From Eledone cirrhosa (lineage: Eukaryota), in the NCBI GenBank assembly GCA_964016885.1, contig OZ024740.1, positions 346,704,001 through 346,768,000 of the forward strand: a DNA stretch of 64,000 nt, in the 5' to 3' direction. The notes below the pieces were generated by a model. That model was not told the origin of the DNA, ran no database searches, and saw nothing but the letters and a program-made list of their open reading frames with translations. The translations under genes and the position numbers were made by a program. Shown in pieces: positions 1 through 13,676 of this stretch (its first letter is position 1; every line of letters starts with the position of its first letter).

Positions 1-1905
1 TTTTCCTGGTCGACTCCAATTGACAAGGCCTGACATGCCATCTATCTTTTTCGTGATTTACCTTTGAGGAGCTTCAATGTTCATGATACTTTGTTTCACA
101 GTGGACAACGGTATTCCAAGTGGGGTCGGGCAAAAGTGGGGAAGAGAATATTAGGGATATCGCTCGACTCGAACGTTCTGAGAATCCAGGAACACATTCT
201 GCAGGCCATGTCAACTTTGCTGTTTATATGAGTGACCCAGCTTATGTTGTTGTCCATAGTTACTCGCGAGAATTTCATATGAAGGAAGGGAGTATGAGAG
301 TGGATTAACTCAAATTAACTCCTCGTTCAACAGCATATTGTTCTTTTCCGTCTATTGAATAACAGAGAGAATATCTGATTGGAGGCATATCCGGTCACCC
401 ACGCCATTGATGACCTTCTGGAGCTTGGAATCTTCTGGGAAGGTTCTGATGCTTCTGTGCTTGATGTTGTCATTAATGTCATTAATATAGATAATGAAAA
501 GAAGTGGGCCCAACACAGTGCGTTGTGGGACACCACTACTGACGTTGGCTGGGCTGGATTTATAATCCTTCGACTACAACATGTTGGGCTCTGTTTAACA
601 GGATACACATGATCCACTGTAGCAGATTTCCAGTGACACCAATGTTGGATAATTTTCTCAGTAGAATGCTGTGATCAACCCAGTCAAATGATTTGCTGAA
701 ATAAAGATAGATGACATCAGTGTTGAAGCCTTCTCCCAAATTCTCAAAATTTCATCGAAATGATGCATTAGCTGCGTTCGGCCATCCCTTCCATTACGAA
801 ACTCATGCTGGATGGAGTTCAGCAGATTGTTGCTTTCAAGACAGTGAGTTATTCGTGATTTCACCACCATCTCAAACACTGTAATGATATGAGAGGTTTA
901 ATGTAATCGGACGGTAATTCACGCAAGGGATTTGTTTCCCTTTTTGTAAACTGGGACAACAGACTGGAATAGTAAGTTTTCTGGTATATATCCAGCATCC
1001 AGTAAGGTCCTTCACAGATTAGCAAGCGGAGATGCAAGTTGGTGTCGACACACCTTCAGGACACAATCAGGGAACCTATCGGGGCCTACTGCTGAATTGT
1101 GCTCAGTTTCGTTTATTGACGCCAAGTTATCAGGGGTGCCAAACTGTATGTCTGATATAGTGTCTTGGGGATTAACATCACTGATACAGCCCAGATCATA
1201 CATATCAGGATATCTCACCCATGATTTTAGCATTATCTTGGAGAGTGCCATTTTCATTAATATGAGGACCAACAGTGGAACCAGTGACGTCGTGTGTTTT
1301 TCTTTTTTTTTGCAAATGAAAAGAACACTTTGGGATTCAGTTTGATTTTCTCAATGGCCCAGGCCTCATCAGCTGCTCTTTGATTGTTGATGATAGACAT
1401 CATGCTGTTTTGGAGGTTGTATTTTTTCATTTCTAGTGATGTAATGGCAGTCAAATGGATTTGTTGCTGCTGGCAGTATTTAACTTTGTTGATTGTTTTG
1501 TTAATTCTTTTAATTTTTCTGATATATGTTTATCTCTGTCTAGGGATTCTGTACTTAGATTTGTATTCAGATCTTAATGGCGTATGTTTTGTACATATGT
1601 TTGATACAGAGTTTACAAATGTCTGCCAGGATTTTTTTTTATTTTAGTGGGTGTGTGAATGTGCGCGAAGGACCAATCGGCATGTGCAAGATTATGATTG
1701 ATCGCTTCCCAGTTTGCATTATGAAGATCTATGGTGTCAAATGGATGAACTGGAGAACTGTCATTGGGTTTGCGTTTTGGACGGAGGAATCTCAAATCAC
1801 AGAGAAACATGACATAGTCTGAGAGTAGAGATTTTCCACTGCAATGTCGCGGATAGTGTCAGTGTGTTTACCTAACATTAGGTCCAAGACGATTTTGTGG
1901 CACCT
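1..1905 (-). mobile_element. Decayed CR1/L2-like LINE ORF2 fragment (RT region)
   Basis: Broken minus-strand ORFs carry the motifs IKLNPKVFFSF, SAVGPDRFP..LKVC..QLASPL, LNSIQHEFRNGR and FARPHLEYRCPL, typical of CR1-group pol. Many stops and frameshifts. Confidence 0.75.
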
Positions 1906-1944
1906 TGTTGTATATACATATATATATACAGAGTACTGATACTA

Positions 1945-2004
<60 letters not shown>

Positions 2005-2066
2005 TAAGTAATTCCGTCGGAAAAGTCCAGGAAAAAAGCGTGCTCTATGTAGGTAACAGAGCTTAA

Positions 2067-2319
2067 TAGTTATGTAATAAACAACATAAGGCAATTATTC
2101 CATTTACCAGTCGATTCTTAAAAGCAAAATATTTTGCTTTCAATCCTCAGAATGAAAAAATCCTGGTCTGTTTATTGAATTTGGATTTTAAAAACTAAAA
2201 TCCAAATTCAATAATTAGACCAGGATTTTTTCATTCTGACGATTGAAAGCAAAATCTTTTGCTTTTAAGAATCCACTGGTAAATGGAATAATTGCCTTAT
2301 GTTGTTTATTACATAACTA
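2067..2319. repeat. Fold-back element (arms ~120 bp, centre ~2193) with a hammerhead-like motif in each arm
   Basis: 2067-2190 is the reverse complement of 2196-2319. The right arm reads ttcatt CTGACGA ttgaaagcaaaa-tc-ttttgcttttaa GAAT ccactggTA aatgga. The element is flanked by TA runs. Confidence 0.85.
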
Positions 2320-2534
2320 TATATATATATAAATATATATCTAGTAATAATAAAAAAAATTGAAGACTAAAATCCAAACAGGGCTCGATAAGGATAAATA
2401 TATATTAAATATATAAGAACCGTAGCACAAATATTTATTAATAACAGTTTCAGAAGATCCCGTTAAGGGTAAATCCTTTGCATAAATTTTTATCTGTTAT
2501 TTTAATAAATATAAATACATATAAATACATATAA

Positions 2535-2577
<43 letters not shown>

Positions 2578-2822
2578 TATTTATTGATATATATGATTTT
2601 TATCGTTAATTTGTTAATGCATTTTCTCTTTTCATGATATCTTCTATATTTGGATTACATTGAGTTCTTCATACAGATTGAACACTAGCGTTATTTTGGT
2701 AGATTTATCTACATATATATATATACATATATATATGTAAGTTAATCCGGATACAATCAGAGGTAACGACAGTAAGTAAGGTACTCAATACATAGCAGAG
2801 TATAATTTTTTAATATATAAAA

Positions 2823-2871
2823 GCTTCTACAGGACTAGAACTGTTTCATTCATGCGAAATCATCAGGAAGC
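2823..2871 (-). ncRNA. Type I hammerhead ribozyme
   Basis: The minus strand reads gcttc CTGATGA tttc-gcat-gaat GAAA cag-ttctagtc-ctg TA gaagc. Stem I is gcttc/gaagc and the cleavage triplet is GUA. Confidence 0.85.
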
Positions 2872-3216
2872 TGGCTGTCCAAGTAACTATGGTGGTATTT
2901 ATATCTTTTCTGGTGGTAGGAGAGGGTGGCGTTTGGGAAGAGTGGAGGTCATGGGTTGATGGGTTTAAAATAAAGGGAATTCTTTAAAAGCTAATTCTTT
3001 AAAGTGACAAAGGCAGAAAGAATACTATAAGGAGTGGTCCACCAATTTGACCTCGTTTATAGTATTCTTTCTGCCTTTGTCACTTTAAATAATTACCTTT
3101 TGAAGAATTCCCTTCTCTTTAAACCCGTCAACAAATGACACCCACCCATCCCAATCGCCACCTTCTCCTACCACCAGACAAGAATATAAATACCACCATA
3201 TTTACTTGGACAGTCA

Positions 3217-3264
3217 GCTTCCTGATGATTTCGCATGAATGAAAAAGTTCTAGTCCTGTAGAAG
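3217..3264 (+). ncRNA. Type I hammerhead ribozyme (stem III mismatch)
   Basis: gcttc CTGATGA tttcgcatgaat GAAA aagttctagtcctg TA gaag. Confidence 0.7.
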
Positions 3265-3297
3265 ATATATATATATATATTTAAATATATATATACA

Positions 3298-3352
<55 letters not shown>

Positions 3353-3979
3353 AGGAGGTTATAGTTCACTTGAAGCATTGTGTAATGAGGTATAAACGTT
3401 TGTATATGTATAATAAAGCCAAAACAATGCAGGTATGAACATAGAATAAAGAATGCAAATGGAAAAGATATTGTTGACAATTAGTCTTTAACCTTAGATT
3501 TATTTAAATGTCCTAAATTTTCGAGATAATATCTCTTCTTCAGAGGGAGTAAAGTTGTCAAACCAGTATTCTAAATAGCTTGCCGAGTCATGCTGACAGG
3601 AAATGGTATAGAGTATCTATTCTATCTCTAATGTCAAAGAGTTAAGATTGGTGGATAAAGAGTAGTCTCCCCTTAAGAGGTGTTTGTTTTTGTTTGTTTT
3701 TTGGTTTTTTTTTATACATGCCTGTTTAAGTGTGTGGGAGAATGCATGAAGGTGTAAGTATGTGAGTGTGTGTGTGTGAGTGTGTGAGTGTGAGAAGATA
3801 TGTCTATACGTAAATGTGGGGGAGAGATGTTATCTCGTGTTAGAACTGGTTTTGTGTGTGTATGTGTGAGAGAGAATAAGTGGAGGTGTAAGCGTGTGTG
3901 TGTGTGTGTGTGCGTGCGTGTGTGTGGCGTGTGTGTAAATGTAGGGCTAGGAGCTCTATCAAATTATAAATTGGGTGTT

Positions 3980-4290
3980 GAGTTCTAGTCTATTATTAAT
4001 TGGTGGTTGTGTTTTGTCTATAATTAGTGCTTCCTTAATTCTAAGATTGCCGAGGTTTCTTTCCTTAGTTTCTATCCTAACTGTTATGGTTTTGTCGGTG
4101 TTTTTGCATTTAACTAGGTGTTTCTTAAATGAGGAAGGGTTAGTATTAAGGTGTTCTTTTATTCTTATGTGGAGTGGTCTGGTGGTGCTACCTACGTAGA
4201 AGTTGTTGCATTTCTCACACTCTAGTCTGTATACGACGTAAGCCTGGTGGCATAGGTCTGTGTCGTTGATGGGGCAGTTGGCTAGTCTCC
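3980..4290 (-). pseudogene. PLE GIY-YIG endonuclease domain
   Basis: Manual minus-strand translation gives YVVYRLECEKCNNFYVGSTTRPLHIRIKEHLN...LRIKEALII...PPINNRLE. Confidence 0.85.
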
Positions 4291-4514
4291 AGCAGTTGTC
4301 ATGTCTGGTGGAGTGTCTTTTGGTTAGCTGACCGCGTAGAGAAGGACCTGAGTGGGCCAGTTGGATATCTAGTCCCTCTCGTCTGATAGCTCTGCGGATG
4401 GCATTGTTGTTTCTTCACTGAAGAGTGGGAGCTTCAGGAAGCAAGTATTAGTGCCTCGGGTGTGGTGTCCTCTGTTCTTTATGGCACGGTTTGTGGTGGA
4501 TGTTGTGTATCCGT

Positions 4515-5504
4515 TTAGTTTGAGTACTTCCAGGAAATGTGTGGTATGTGTGTCTCGGTCTCTAGCGTCGGTGCATTTGTTCCGGATACGTGTAGTTCGT
4601 TCCTTATGTATCCGAACTTGGCACCGAGTGGGAGGGCCGATCTGAAATGTACGAACAGGTCCCTGCTGGCGGCTGTTTTATAGAATCCGGTGTGGATGTT
4701 GCCTTCCTCTGTTACCCTGAGTTGGAAGTCCAGTAGGGATAGGGATCCCCGGTCATCGGGGTGTTCCATGCTGAACTTTATACTGGCGTCCTTGCTGGAG
4801 AATGTTGTGTATATTTTATCTGCCTCCTCACGGGATGATGTAAGGATGAGCATGCCATCTACATATCGGGTGAAGAAGGTATGGGAATGGCAGGTGTTGA
4901 GGGCTCGGAATTCTAGCTGGTTCATGTAGGTGATGGCCAGCAGGCCCGATAGGCTGGATCCCATGGGTAATCCTGTTGTCTGTCTGTATGTGTGGTGGTG
5001 GAAGGTGAAGTACGTGTTGTCTACTGTGAAGGACAAAAGCTGGTGTATGTCCGTCGGGTGGAGGCCGTAGCAGTGGATGTCCTCTGCGACGACGCAGTCC
5101 GTCAATAAATCGACAGCTGAATGAGCGGGGACTGTAGTGTAGAGGGAGACAACGTCGAGGCTAAAGGCGTAACTATTTACTTTAAGTTGTTCTGGCTGGA
5201 GTTGGTGTAGTCTACGTATAACTTCGTCGGAGCTACTGACATGTCCGGGAAAGGTGGAGAGTAGAGGCTTGAAGACCTGAGAGAGGAGCCAGGAAATGTT
5301 GTATAGGGGTCCTTCTATGCTAGAGACGATGGGTCTTATTTGCGTATTAGTGCTATTCTTGTGGGTCTTGATGAGGTGGTTGAAAGTGGGCAGTCTGCTA
5401 TTTCTAGTGGTGTAGTTGAGCTTAACTTTATTTGGGAGTTGTCTTCTCCTACAGATATCGAACCAGATGGAGTTGGTCTGTTTTTCGATCTGGGCTGCAG
5501 TCAT
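4515..5504 (-). pseudogene. PLE reverse transcriptase
   Basis: Motifs IRPIVS, FSLDVVSLYT, YRQTTGLPMGSSLS, RYVDG (catalytic YVDD mutated), IKFSME and LSLLDF. The ORF is frameshifted from the upstream 5740-6246 segment and from the downstream endonuclease. Confidence 0.9.
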
Positions 5505-6360
5505 GTCCGGGATCTCTGTGTATAATTCATTGTCACTTAGGTGTTCAAAGGCTAGGTTGTTGTATGTGGCTTGAGAGATGACGCAAAACTCTTTACCTTT
5601 GTCGGATGCTAAGTATATAAGTTCTCTATTCCGTAGGTTCTTCAGGGCGAGTTGTTGTGTCCTGGAGAGGTTTAGGGCTATCTTCTTCTGTTTCCGTAAG
5701 ATGTTAAATACGGAATGTTTTAGCCTCGAGAGTTTTTCTTCAAGCTCGCGGTTGGCAGGCGGTGGACAGAGTGGGCGATCCAGGTTGGTATATCGGGAAT
5801 CTGGGTTTGTTAGATTCCGTGGTGTTGTTGCCGAGAGTCGATATCCATTTTAGTTGGTAGGCAGCCCGACAGAAATTCGTTTCTAGGACGAGCCATAATT
5901 TGTCGTCCAGTCTCTGTTTCGATATGAACTTGGGACCCAGGCTGAGGGGGTCTAGTTCCTCTCGGGAGAGGGATCCTGTCAAGTCTGTGACGAGGTGTTT
6001 TGCGTCAGGTGTGTTGTTGGTCGGGGCGCCGCTAGGTTCGGTGTTGGTACCGTCTTGTTCGCCTCTGTTGGTTTTTAGAGTTGGGATGTTGTTAAGACAG
6101 TTGGCCGTCCTGAGTTTGAGAAATTTTTGCGTTAGACGTATTTTCTCGTAGTCTCGGCGATGATGGTATGACCTGTCTATAGCGGCGGAGATGACTCTGG
6201 ACAGAGGTTCTGGCGTTTCAGCGAGTTGTGGTACAAGGCTGGACATAGTCTGTATGTGTTGTTGTAGCGTGTCGACATTAGATAAAGAATAGATACTCTA
6301 TACCATTTCCTGTCAGCCTGACTCGGCAAGCTATTTGGAATACTGGTTTGACAACTTTAC

Positions 6361-6397
6361 TCCCTCTGAAGAAGAGATATTATCTCGAAAATTTAGG
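6361..6397 (+). ncRNA. Minimal hammerhead in PLE pLTR (mirror copy at 3511-3548, minus strand)
   Basis: cct CTGAAGA a gagata-t-tatctc GAAA attt agg. Stem III is very short and palindromic. Confidence 0.6.
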
Positions 6398-6530
6398 TCA
6401 TTTTAATAAATCTAAGATAAAAGACTAATTGTCAACAATATCTTTTGTATTTGCATTCTTTATTCTATGTCCATACCTGCATTGTTTTGGCTTTATTATA
6501 CATATACAAAAGTTTATATATATATATATA

Positions 6531-6753
6531 AAGAAAGTGACGTTTTTTTTACAAAATGAAAAATAACCGAGGTGTCCTACACGAGTGAAAGTATGAAGAA
6601 AAAGAGATGAAATCGAAAATGCAACTGGAGTCTTATTTTTAACTCACCTTTTGAAAAGCAGAAGAACTGCGAAACCGGTAAAGGAACCAAATAAATATAT
6701 ATATTTTTTAAAAAAATTAGACTCCAGTTGCATTTTCGATTTCATCTCTTTTT

Positions 6754-6760
<7 letters not shown>
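6531..6760. mobile_element. Mini fold-back derivative of the pLTR end of the PLE at 47.1-50.7 kb
   Basis: Matches 50515-50695 in both orientations. The internal inverted repeat is aaagagatgaaatcgaaaatgcaactggagtct. TA-flanked. Confidence 0.8.
6647..6684 (+). ncRNA. Hammerhead with U3-A8 variant core
   Basis: cctt TTGAAAA gcag-aagaa-ctgc GAAA ccgg TA aagg. Confidence 0.7.
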
Positions 6761-6794
<34 letters not shown>

Positions 6795-6848
6795 TATCTG
6801 TGCTTTGTATATATATATATATATATATATATATTAGTATCAGTGCTG

Positions 6849-6881
<33 letters not shown>

Positions 6882-7062
6882 GTGTGTGTATAAGCAAAAG
6901 GAATATTGAATTTGTTGGTAATTCAACAAATATAAATCTTTATAACTGCTTCGAAGCACTCTACAAGTTTTCTTGATTATAATATTCAATGATATTAAAT
7001 AAATGGAAACTATATATATATAACTATATATATATAACTATATGTATATATATATATATATA

Positions 7063-7182
7063 TAGGAACGAGTAGGACCCCAGTAGGGGTCCTACTCGTT
7101 CCTATTACCCACTCTACTACCGTAAGTATTGAGTACTTTGGGGCGTTATGGTCCATCTGGTTCCTTACCACATATCCTTCGT

Positions 7183-7185
<3 letters not shown>
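7063..7185 (-). repeat. Short hairpin-capped dispersed repeat
   Basis: Reverse-complement homologue of 9601-9685. It ends in a 19-bp perfect stem at 7063-7104 and is embedded in TA. Confidence 0.8.
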
Positions 7186-7268
<83 letters not shown>

Positions 7269-7272
7269 TATG

Positions 7273-7330
<58 letters not shown>

Positions 7331-7341
7331 AATATATGCTT

Positions 7342-7481
<140 letters not shown>

Positions 7482-7561
7482 ATATATATACATATACAAC
7501 TACCCTACAGGGTGTATGAGTTCAAGACCTTAGGGGTATGTAAAATAACCAATCTGTTATG

Positions 7562-7620
7562 TTTTATCTGACGAAAGCGTACTAAAAAATCATTGTACCC
7601 TTGAAATATGTATAATAAAA
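7562..7620 (+). ncRNA. Type I hammerhead ribozyme
   Basis: ttttat CTGACGA aagcgtac...gtaccctt GAAA tatgta TA ataaaa. Confidence 0.8.
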
Positions 7621-7665
7621 TATATACTTTGGTCAGGAAAATATTTCTCATTTATTAATATGTTG

Positions 7666-7722
<57 letters not shown>

Positions 7723-7776
7723 TATAATATTCAAATACACTCAGATACACACAGGCAGAAATATATATCCATATAA

Positions 7777-7809
<33 letters not shown>

Positions 7810-8363
7810 GGAAAAATTTGAACAGGGACAAAACAGAGAGGCAGTACAACGAATGTTTATTAATTTCACGCTCAATATATATATTGCCTCCTTAACCTCT
7901 GTATTAACTTGCCTGTTATATTGCTACACTGTAAATGTTGTCTTATACATGTATGTTATTGATGATGAGAAAGCTAGACAACCCTTTCATCTAATATAGA
8001 CCACACAAATTTGAACCTAACACCACAAATATTACTTTCCTCACTACAGAGATACATTTTTTCATCTGTCAGATAATAAATGATTCTTACGGCCTACATT
8101 GTTTAAAGCCACCGGCTTATCTTTACACTATATATAATACACCCCATGACAGCTTATATATGTCAATTTTATACATCTGCCTCATGTCAGCTAGTTTTAC
8201 ACGCTAAAATCGTAGATATACTATATTTCTCACCTAGATTGATGTTGTGATTATTTCAAATAATTTATTGCTAGCATTGTTAGTATTGTTGTTATTGTTC
8301 TGATTGAATGCCATTACTACTATATATAGTAGCCATGCCTGTATATTCCTTTCATTCTCACGA

Positions 8364-8469
8364 GCTCCGATGAATTGACTGGTTACAGCTACGTATTGGT
8401 GATCGATTGACGTGAAAACAAGCGGATAGCGATCTCTAGACCTACCAGTTCAGAGAAACAATTGTCAGC
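8364..8469 (+). ncRNA. Hammerhead-like motif with long stem II and CCGAUGA core
   Basis: gct CCGATGA attgactggt...accagttcaga GAAA caattg TC agc. Stem III is the palindrome ACAATTGT. Confidence 0.6.
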
Positions 8470-8525
8470 AATGAGATTAAAAACCTTTTTTGTATAGCAA
8501 ACCGTGTCACTCTTCTTTCCTGATT

Positions 8526-8565
<40 letters not shown>

Positions 8566-9600
8566 TTATGTATTGTTAATAAATAAAATCGCATAGAATA
8601 AAGTACAGTGATCCATAAATATACAAATATTACATATACAATTTACACATAGAACCCATACAATTTCATACACCTAGGTGCTTGTACTTATGTACACAAA
8701 TAATTACATATATGCATAATATCAAAATGATATCCTACTGCTTCATATACTCACATTCTGCAGAAAGACGCTTCAATTCAAACTCACAGACAAGCATGCA
8801 CACGTCGCATTCACTTACATATACATATCGATAATTTTCTCTTATAGCTCTACAACTAGATTCTAACTGCGTTAGAATATGCATCACTGCAACACCTGCC
8901 CTTAGGCCACTATTTCTATGCAGATATGCTGTTTCATACACCTGTGCACATCTCTGCACAGTCGACTGAACATTCATTCAAGCGATCAGTTAATTTTATG
9001 AAGGAGTTCAGAATCTAACAAAGCAATGACGCTAGCTATAGGGGGTGGGAGAATTTTTCTGTGCAGATTCTTCTAGAATATTTTAAAGCACGAAGTAATA
9101 GCTTGGTATAATAGAAATATTTGATGGTGTGTTGTTGTTGCAACTTTTTTTAATATATATATTATTTGTTTTATGCAAAGATCCAGAGTAGTGACAAGTA
9201 GAAATCATAAAAAATACAATTTTATAAACGATTGCTTACTATATAGAAAAAAACATCAAACCTTAATTCATGATCCATTTCCAAAAACAAGAAAAACAGA
9301 ATAGTATAAGAATGATAAAATAAACTATATTAGCTGAAAACAAGGAAATATAAATATATATCAGTAAATAAATGTCAGGAAAGGAACAAAAGTCAATTTG
9401 TTTGCATATTATTTTATGAATTATTTTTCAAGTCGATATAGTAGGTGGAAAAAAGAGCATCACATACTCTCTGATGTCAACCTCAAAAACTGAGTATGAT
9501 TCGTCAAACTTACTTCTCATGTCTTCCATTTGTTCGGTGCCAGACTGGTAAACAACTTTGGTTGCTGCGTAAAACTAGCTGGATACCCTTATATATATAT

Positions 9601-9749
9601 ATAACGAGGGAGGTGTGGTAAGGAACCAGATGGACCATAACGCACCAGAGTACTCAATACTTAGGGTAATAGAGTGGGTAATAGGAAAATGTTTAACCCC
9701 GACGGCAGAGCTCAACCGGTTGAGCTCTGCCGTCGGGGTTAAACATTTT
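9601..9749 (+). repeat. Short dispersed repeat ending in a perfect 64-bp palindrome
   Basis: 9686-9749 reads aaaatgtttaaccccgacggcagagctcaacc|ggttgagctctgccgtcggggttaaacatttt. The body is homologous to 7105-7185. Confidence 0.85.
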
Positions 9750-10366
9750 TATTATATATATATATACATATATATTGCGATTATTCGATATTTGTATTAA
9801 TAAATGGAGTGAGTATGAGTTCCATAATACTTAAGTAGGATGTAGGGAACTAAACTGCAGAACATTCATACATAAATATAAAATATTGGCTTAAACTACA
9901 ACAATTAACATAGCACCAATGACGTTAATTTTTAAAAGTATATTTACGATAGACAAAACCAACAAAAAAGTATTCTCGAAAATACAGGGTTGTTCAATTC
10001 TTTGTGGTGATTTATTAAAAGCACATAATTCATGCACAATGCTTCCTATTATGTGGCTTGAAATCTTGAACCTGTTTGCGCTAATTGAGTTTCACCACCT
10101 TCTGTACAAATGTCATGGTATTAGGGCAATTAGAAGATATTTTACATTTGGCTACTGCTGTAGAATACTAGTCAGCGTCTTCGAATTCTTTGCGGACTCT
10201 GAAAACAAACTAACATCAAACTTTCAGGAAGTGAGCAATCACTAAATCCTCATGTTCTACATGTAAGACAGGATTACAACGTGCCCTTACATTTGCTGAG
10301 TTAGCTTGATATCTATTATCATTCATCTGAAAAGAAATGACTATCATTATTTGTGGCAGTCTTTGA

Positions 10367-10510
10367 TCTGAGTTCAAATCCCGCTGAGGTTAACTTTACC
10401 TTTCATCCTTACAGGGGTCGATAAAATAAACACCAGTCACGTACTGGGGTCGATTTAATCGACTTTCCCCTCCCCCGAAATTACTGGCCTTGAGCCTATA
10501 CTAGAAATCC
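10367..10510 (+). mobile_element. 5'-truncated tRNA-derived SINE (family of 25404)
   Basis: ctgagttcaaatcccgctgaggttaactttacctttcatcc...ggggtcgataaaataaa. Confidence 0.8.
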
Positions 10511-10529
10511 TTCTTTATGGCAATCTGGA

Positions 10530-11560
10530 AATGTATCCAAGCCAGCCATGGCGCCTTTGCAGAATGTTGACGATAGTGGATGCTGATCTGTTCGTTTCCT
10601 AATTCATTATTTGTAATATATTCATTCCATTTGAAATCAAGGCTTTTACTGAATCATTTGAAGTCAAAGGAATACAGTTTTCTTTTGGAATTTTTTGAGA
10701 TGCCACGGCACATAACCAGAGCTGAAATTACATTGACTTATTAGAATTTTAGTTTTCTGTTTGAGATGAAATTTCTGGCGGCCAAGATATTGTTGGGTTA
10801 GTCAAATGTTGCTTATGCTTTCCTTATTCTACAACTCACCTCGTGGCCTAAGTCACATTGACCATGAATTGATTTTACATGGTAGGGGAACTTCTTGACA
10901 TTGTTAATTATTCGAAAATTTACTGTGACATCATAATATGGTCATATTCGTTGACATATTCGTTGACAAACTTTTATAGATCTGTGTTGTTAGCTAATGC
11001 ATCAATATCTCCCACAAACTCTAAGTCGATCAACTCAAGATATACTCTAACTTGATGCTGACACGTTTAATTCCCAATCAATTGACATTGGATACAAGAG
11101 ATGGCACAACATAAAATACTGTTCTATATTATTCCCGTAAAGAAAGTGAACCACCCTGACCCAATCATCTGTTCCAACAAGGTTTTGGGTGTTCTCGTAT
11201 ATTCTGGAGATGGCATCAACAAATTTCCCTGTTATACCATACAATCCCAATTTGGATGTTGTCAAATACTGAATTCGATTAAACTGAGAGCTATGGGTAT
11301 GTGGTACTGTTGTCAATTCTCTATGACACGGCGAAGGGTAAACATTTGTTCAGCTCATGATCTGTCTGGCATTCAACTGGACATCAACGATGTCTCGCAG
11401 TCAGTTCATTAACATCCTAAAATATACCTTTCCAAGCACTGAAGAAGAGTTATTTCATCCATGCTTTCAAAATCAGATTAGTAACTCTTGTTAACTACAA
11501 TCAATATAGTGCCAATTCTTCCAACCCTCAAGAATGTCTCTTCCCTCCTATACTTGACTT
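10530..11560 (-). mobile_element. Highly decayed RTE-like LINE RT fragment
   Basis: Minus-strand remnants read TLRRVIEN, LYGITGKFVDAISRIYENT and DLEFVGDIDAL. Confidence 0.5.
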
Positions 11561-12557
11561 CAGATGTAGCGCATTAATTATGCGACAGTATTTCTACCAG
11601 GCATGTGTATTTCAACACTTATTCCAACTCCCCTAGTGGATCTATTGTTTTTAGTTACCCGGTCGCATTTCTCACCTCTTACACTATAAAATTTCAGTAC
11701 TAATGGGTGAGATTTTGTGAGACTTTCCGCTTGAGTAATGAATGCTAGGGGGAGGGGGATGCTCATTTGAGTAGCTGAGAGAAGAGTTTTGGCCATCGCT
11801 TTAAATTATCTCCACCTTATATAACAATGAACTTTTCGTCTTTCTATGCCCGATTTCTATTTTTAAATTAATGTGTAACTTAATATGCCATCTTATACAT
11901 AATTTACATTTCATTGCGGTCCGGTAAATGTGAATGTCTTGTAAGCCACTCACCTTTATTTGTCAGTGAATTACGTTTCTTCATGATATACAGTTGGTAA
12001 ACCACATTTCCTGTGCAGGTTTGTAGGGGCACTTTTTAAGTAAGGGCTACTTTCCACAATCAATTTCTATTTCTTCTTTGGTATACAAGTTTACTTCAGC
12101 TTTTATTTGGTAACTTGGTACTTTATCCCCTGCTTCCCACGTGTCAGCCTCCACCTCTTTCCAACAATACGTACTTCCTCGACGTCGATCAACTAGCACA
12201 GAGAATCTTTTAGAAAATAATTTCATTTTTTTATCAATGTCATTAGCTTAGCATTGTCAAACTTTGAATGTTGCAGTTTGAACTTGCAGTGATGTTTCAG
12301 ATTAATCCTCACCTTTGGAACAAGAAACTAATCACTGGATATATCCACTCCATAATTAAATGTGACATCATTTAGGCAATTTTTCTCTATAGTGTGTCTA
12401 CTGCAAGATGGTCTATGAACGTTTTAGTCGAGTGACTATTGGAATAACAATTGAATTTATGAATATCATTGTGCGCAAAGATTGATGATCCAATCGTCAA
12501 ATGGTTCATGGCACATACAAACCCTCAAACGCACACACGAACGACGGCGCACGCACA

Positions 12558-12619
<62 letters not shown>

Positions 12620-12645
12620 TATACATACACACACACACACACATC

Positions 12646-12682
<37 letters not shown>

Positions 12683-12890
12683 GTAGGAGGTGAGTTTTAT
12701 TGTAGTACAATAAAGCAATGCAGATATCGGATAAGAAGCACTCTACAGTTTGTAGGACTGGAGTATACATAATATATAAGATCAAAAGATGGTTAAAGGA
12801 GTTCCATGTATTTTATTATGCGCATTTCAAAAACAAACATCATCATGCAATAATATTTGTGTTTTCATAAGATAAAACAGGAGAACATGA
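12683..12890 (-). mobile_element. pLTR-like dispersed repeat with degenerate hammerhead (family of 37537 and 54749)
   Basis: Near-identical to 54749-54915. The minus strand reads ttttat CTTATGA ... GAAA tgcgca TA ataaaa. Confidence 0.7.
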
Positions 12891-13614
12891 TGAGTGGGCT
12901 GGTTGCTAGAAAGCGCAGCCTAATATTGCCTAAATTGCATCTCAACCTTATGAGAGATTATCAAATATAAAGATTTACATATACACAAACTAGACAAAGT
13001 CATAGATTTATATGTTTTTGGCACCCATTCACGATGTGGCTCAATGATGAATTAATAAATTAAATAATCAGAGCAATATACTATAAAGTATGTCCATAGA
13101 ATCATTTGATAAGATATATACACTATTTCCTCTACCAATCAGCATAATCAACCACTTTTGTTTATATATTTGCGTTGTGAGTTTGTGTGTGTGTGTGTTT
13201 GTGCGTGTGTGTCATTGGTTAGCCCTTGGACATTTGAGGCACCAGCCTTGGTTTAGTAGATCATATGGAACAATACTTATTTATGTAAGTCTATTTGTCT
13301 TATCGATTTGCACGTGTCGATCCAATAGACTAGGAGGTATAATACAGGTATAGGCTAAGACAGAAAAAATGTACACACCCACGCACACAAACTCACAACG
13401 CAAATATATAAACAAAAATATTTCTTTACACATTTGCATATATATACTCACACATATATATACACACACATACATACATATATATATATAGATATGTAGA
13501 GGTTATATTTAATTTGTTGGGATACAACAAGCAAAATATTTTTATAACTGATATAAAGCACTCAACAAATTATTGGAGTAACAAATGGAAACTATATTTA
13601 TAAAACCATATTTA

Positions 13615-13676
13615 TTTCATTATACATATTTCAAGGGCCACCAGAGCAAACTATGGTGCGCTTTCATCAGATAAAA
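13615..13676 (-). ncRNA. Type I hammerhead ribozyme
   Basis: ttttat CTGATGA aagcgcacca...tggtggccctt GAAA tatgta TA atgaaa. Confidence 0.8.

Larger units (their letters stand above)
2823..3264. mobile_element. Fold-back non-coding element with outward-facing hammerheads
   Basis: Arms ~2823-3030 and ~3057-3264 are imperfect reverse complements around a short spacer. TA tracts lie on both sides. Confidence 0.85.
3351..6518 (-). mobile_element. Penelope-like element (Penelope/Poseidon-like) with inverted pseudo-LTR, decayed
   Basis: RT and GIY-YIG lie on the minus strand. 3391-3635 is the reverse complement of 6274-6518 (~245 bp). Both ends abut (TA)n. Confidence 0.9.
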
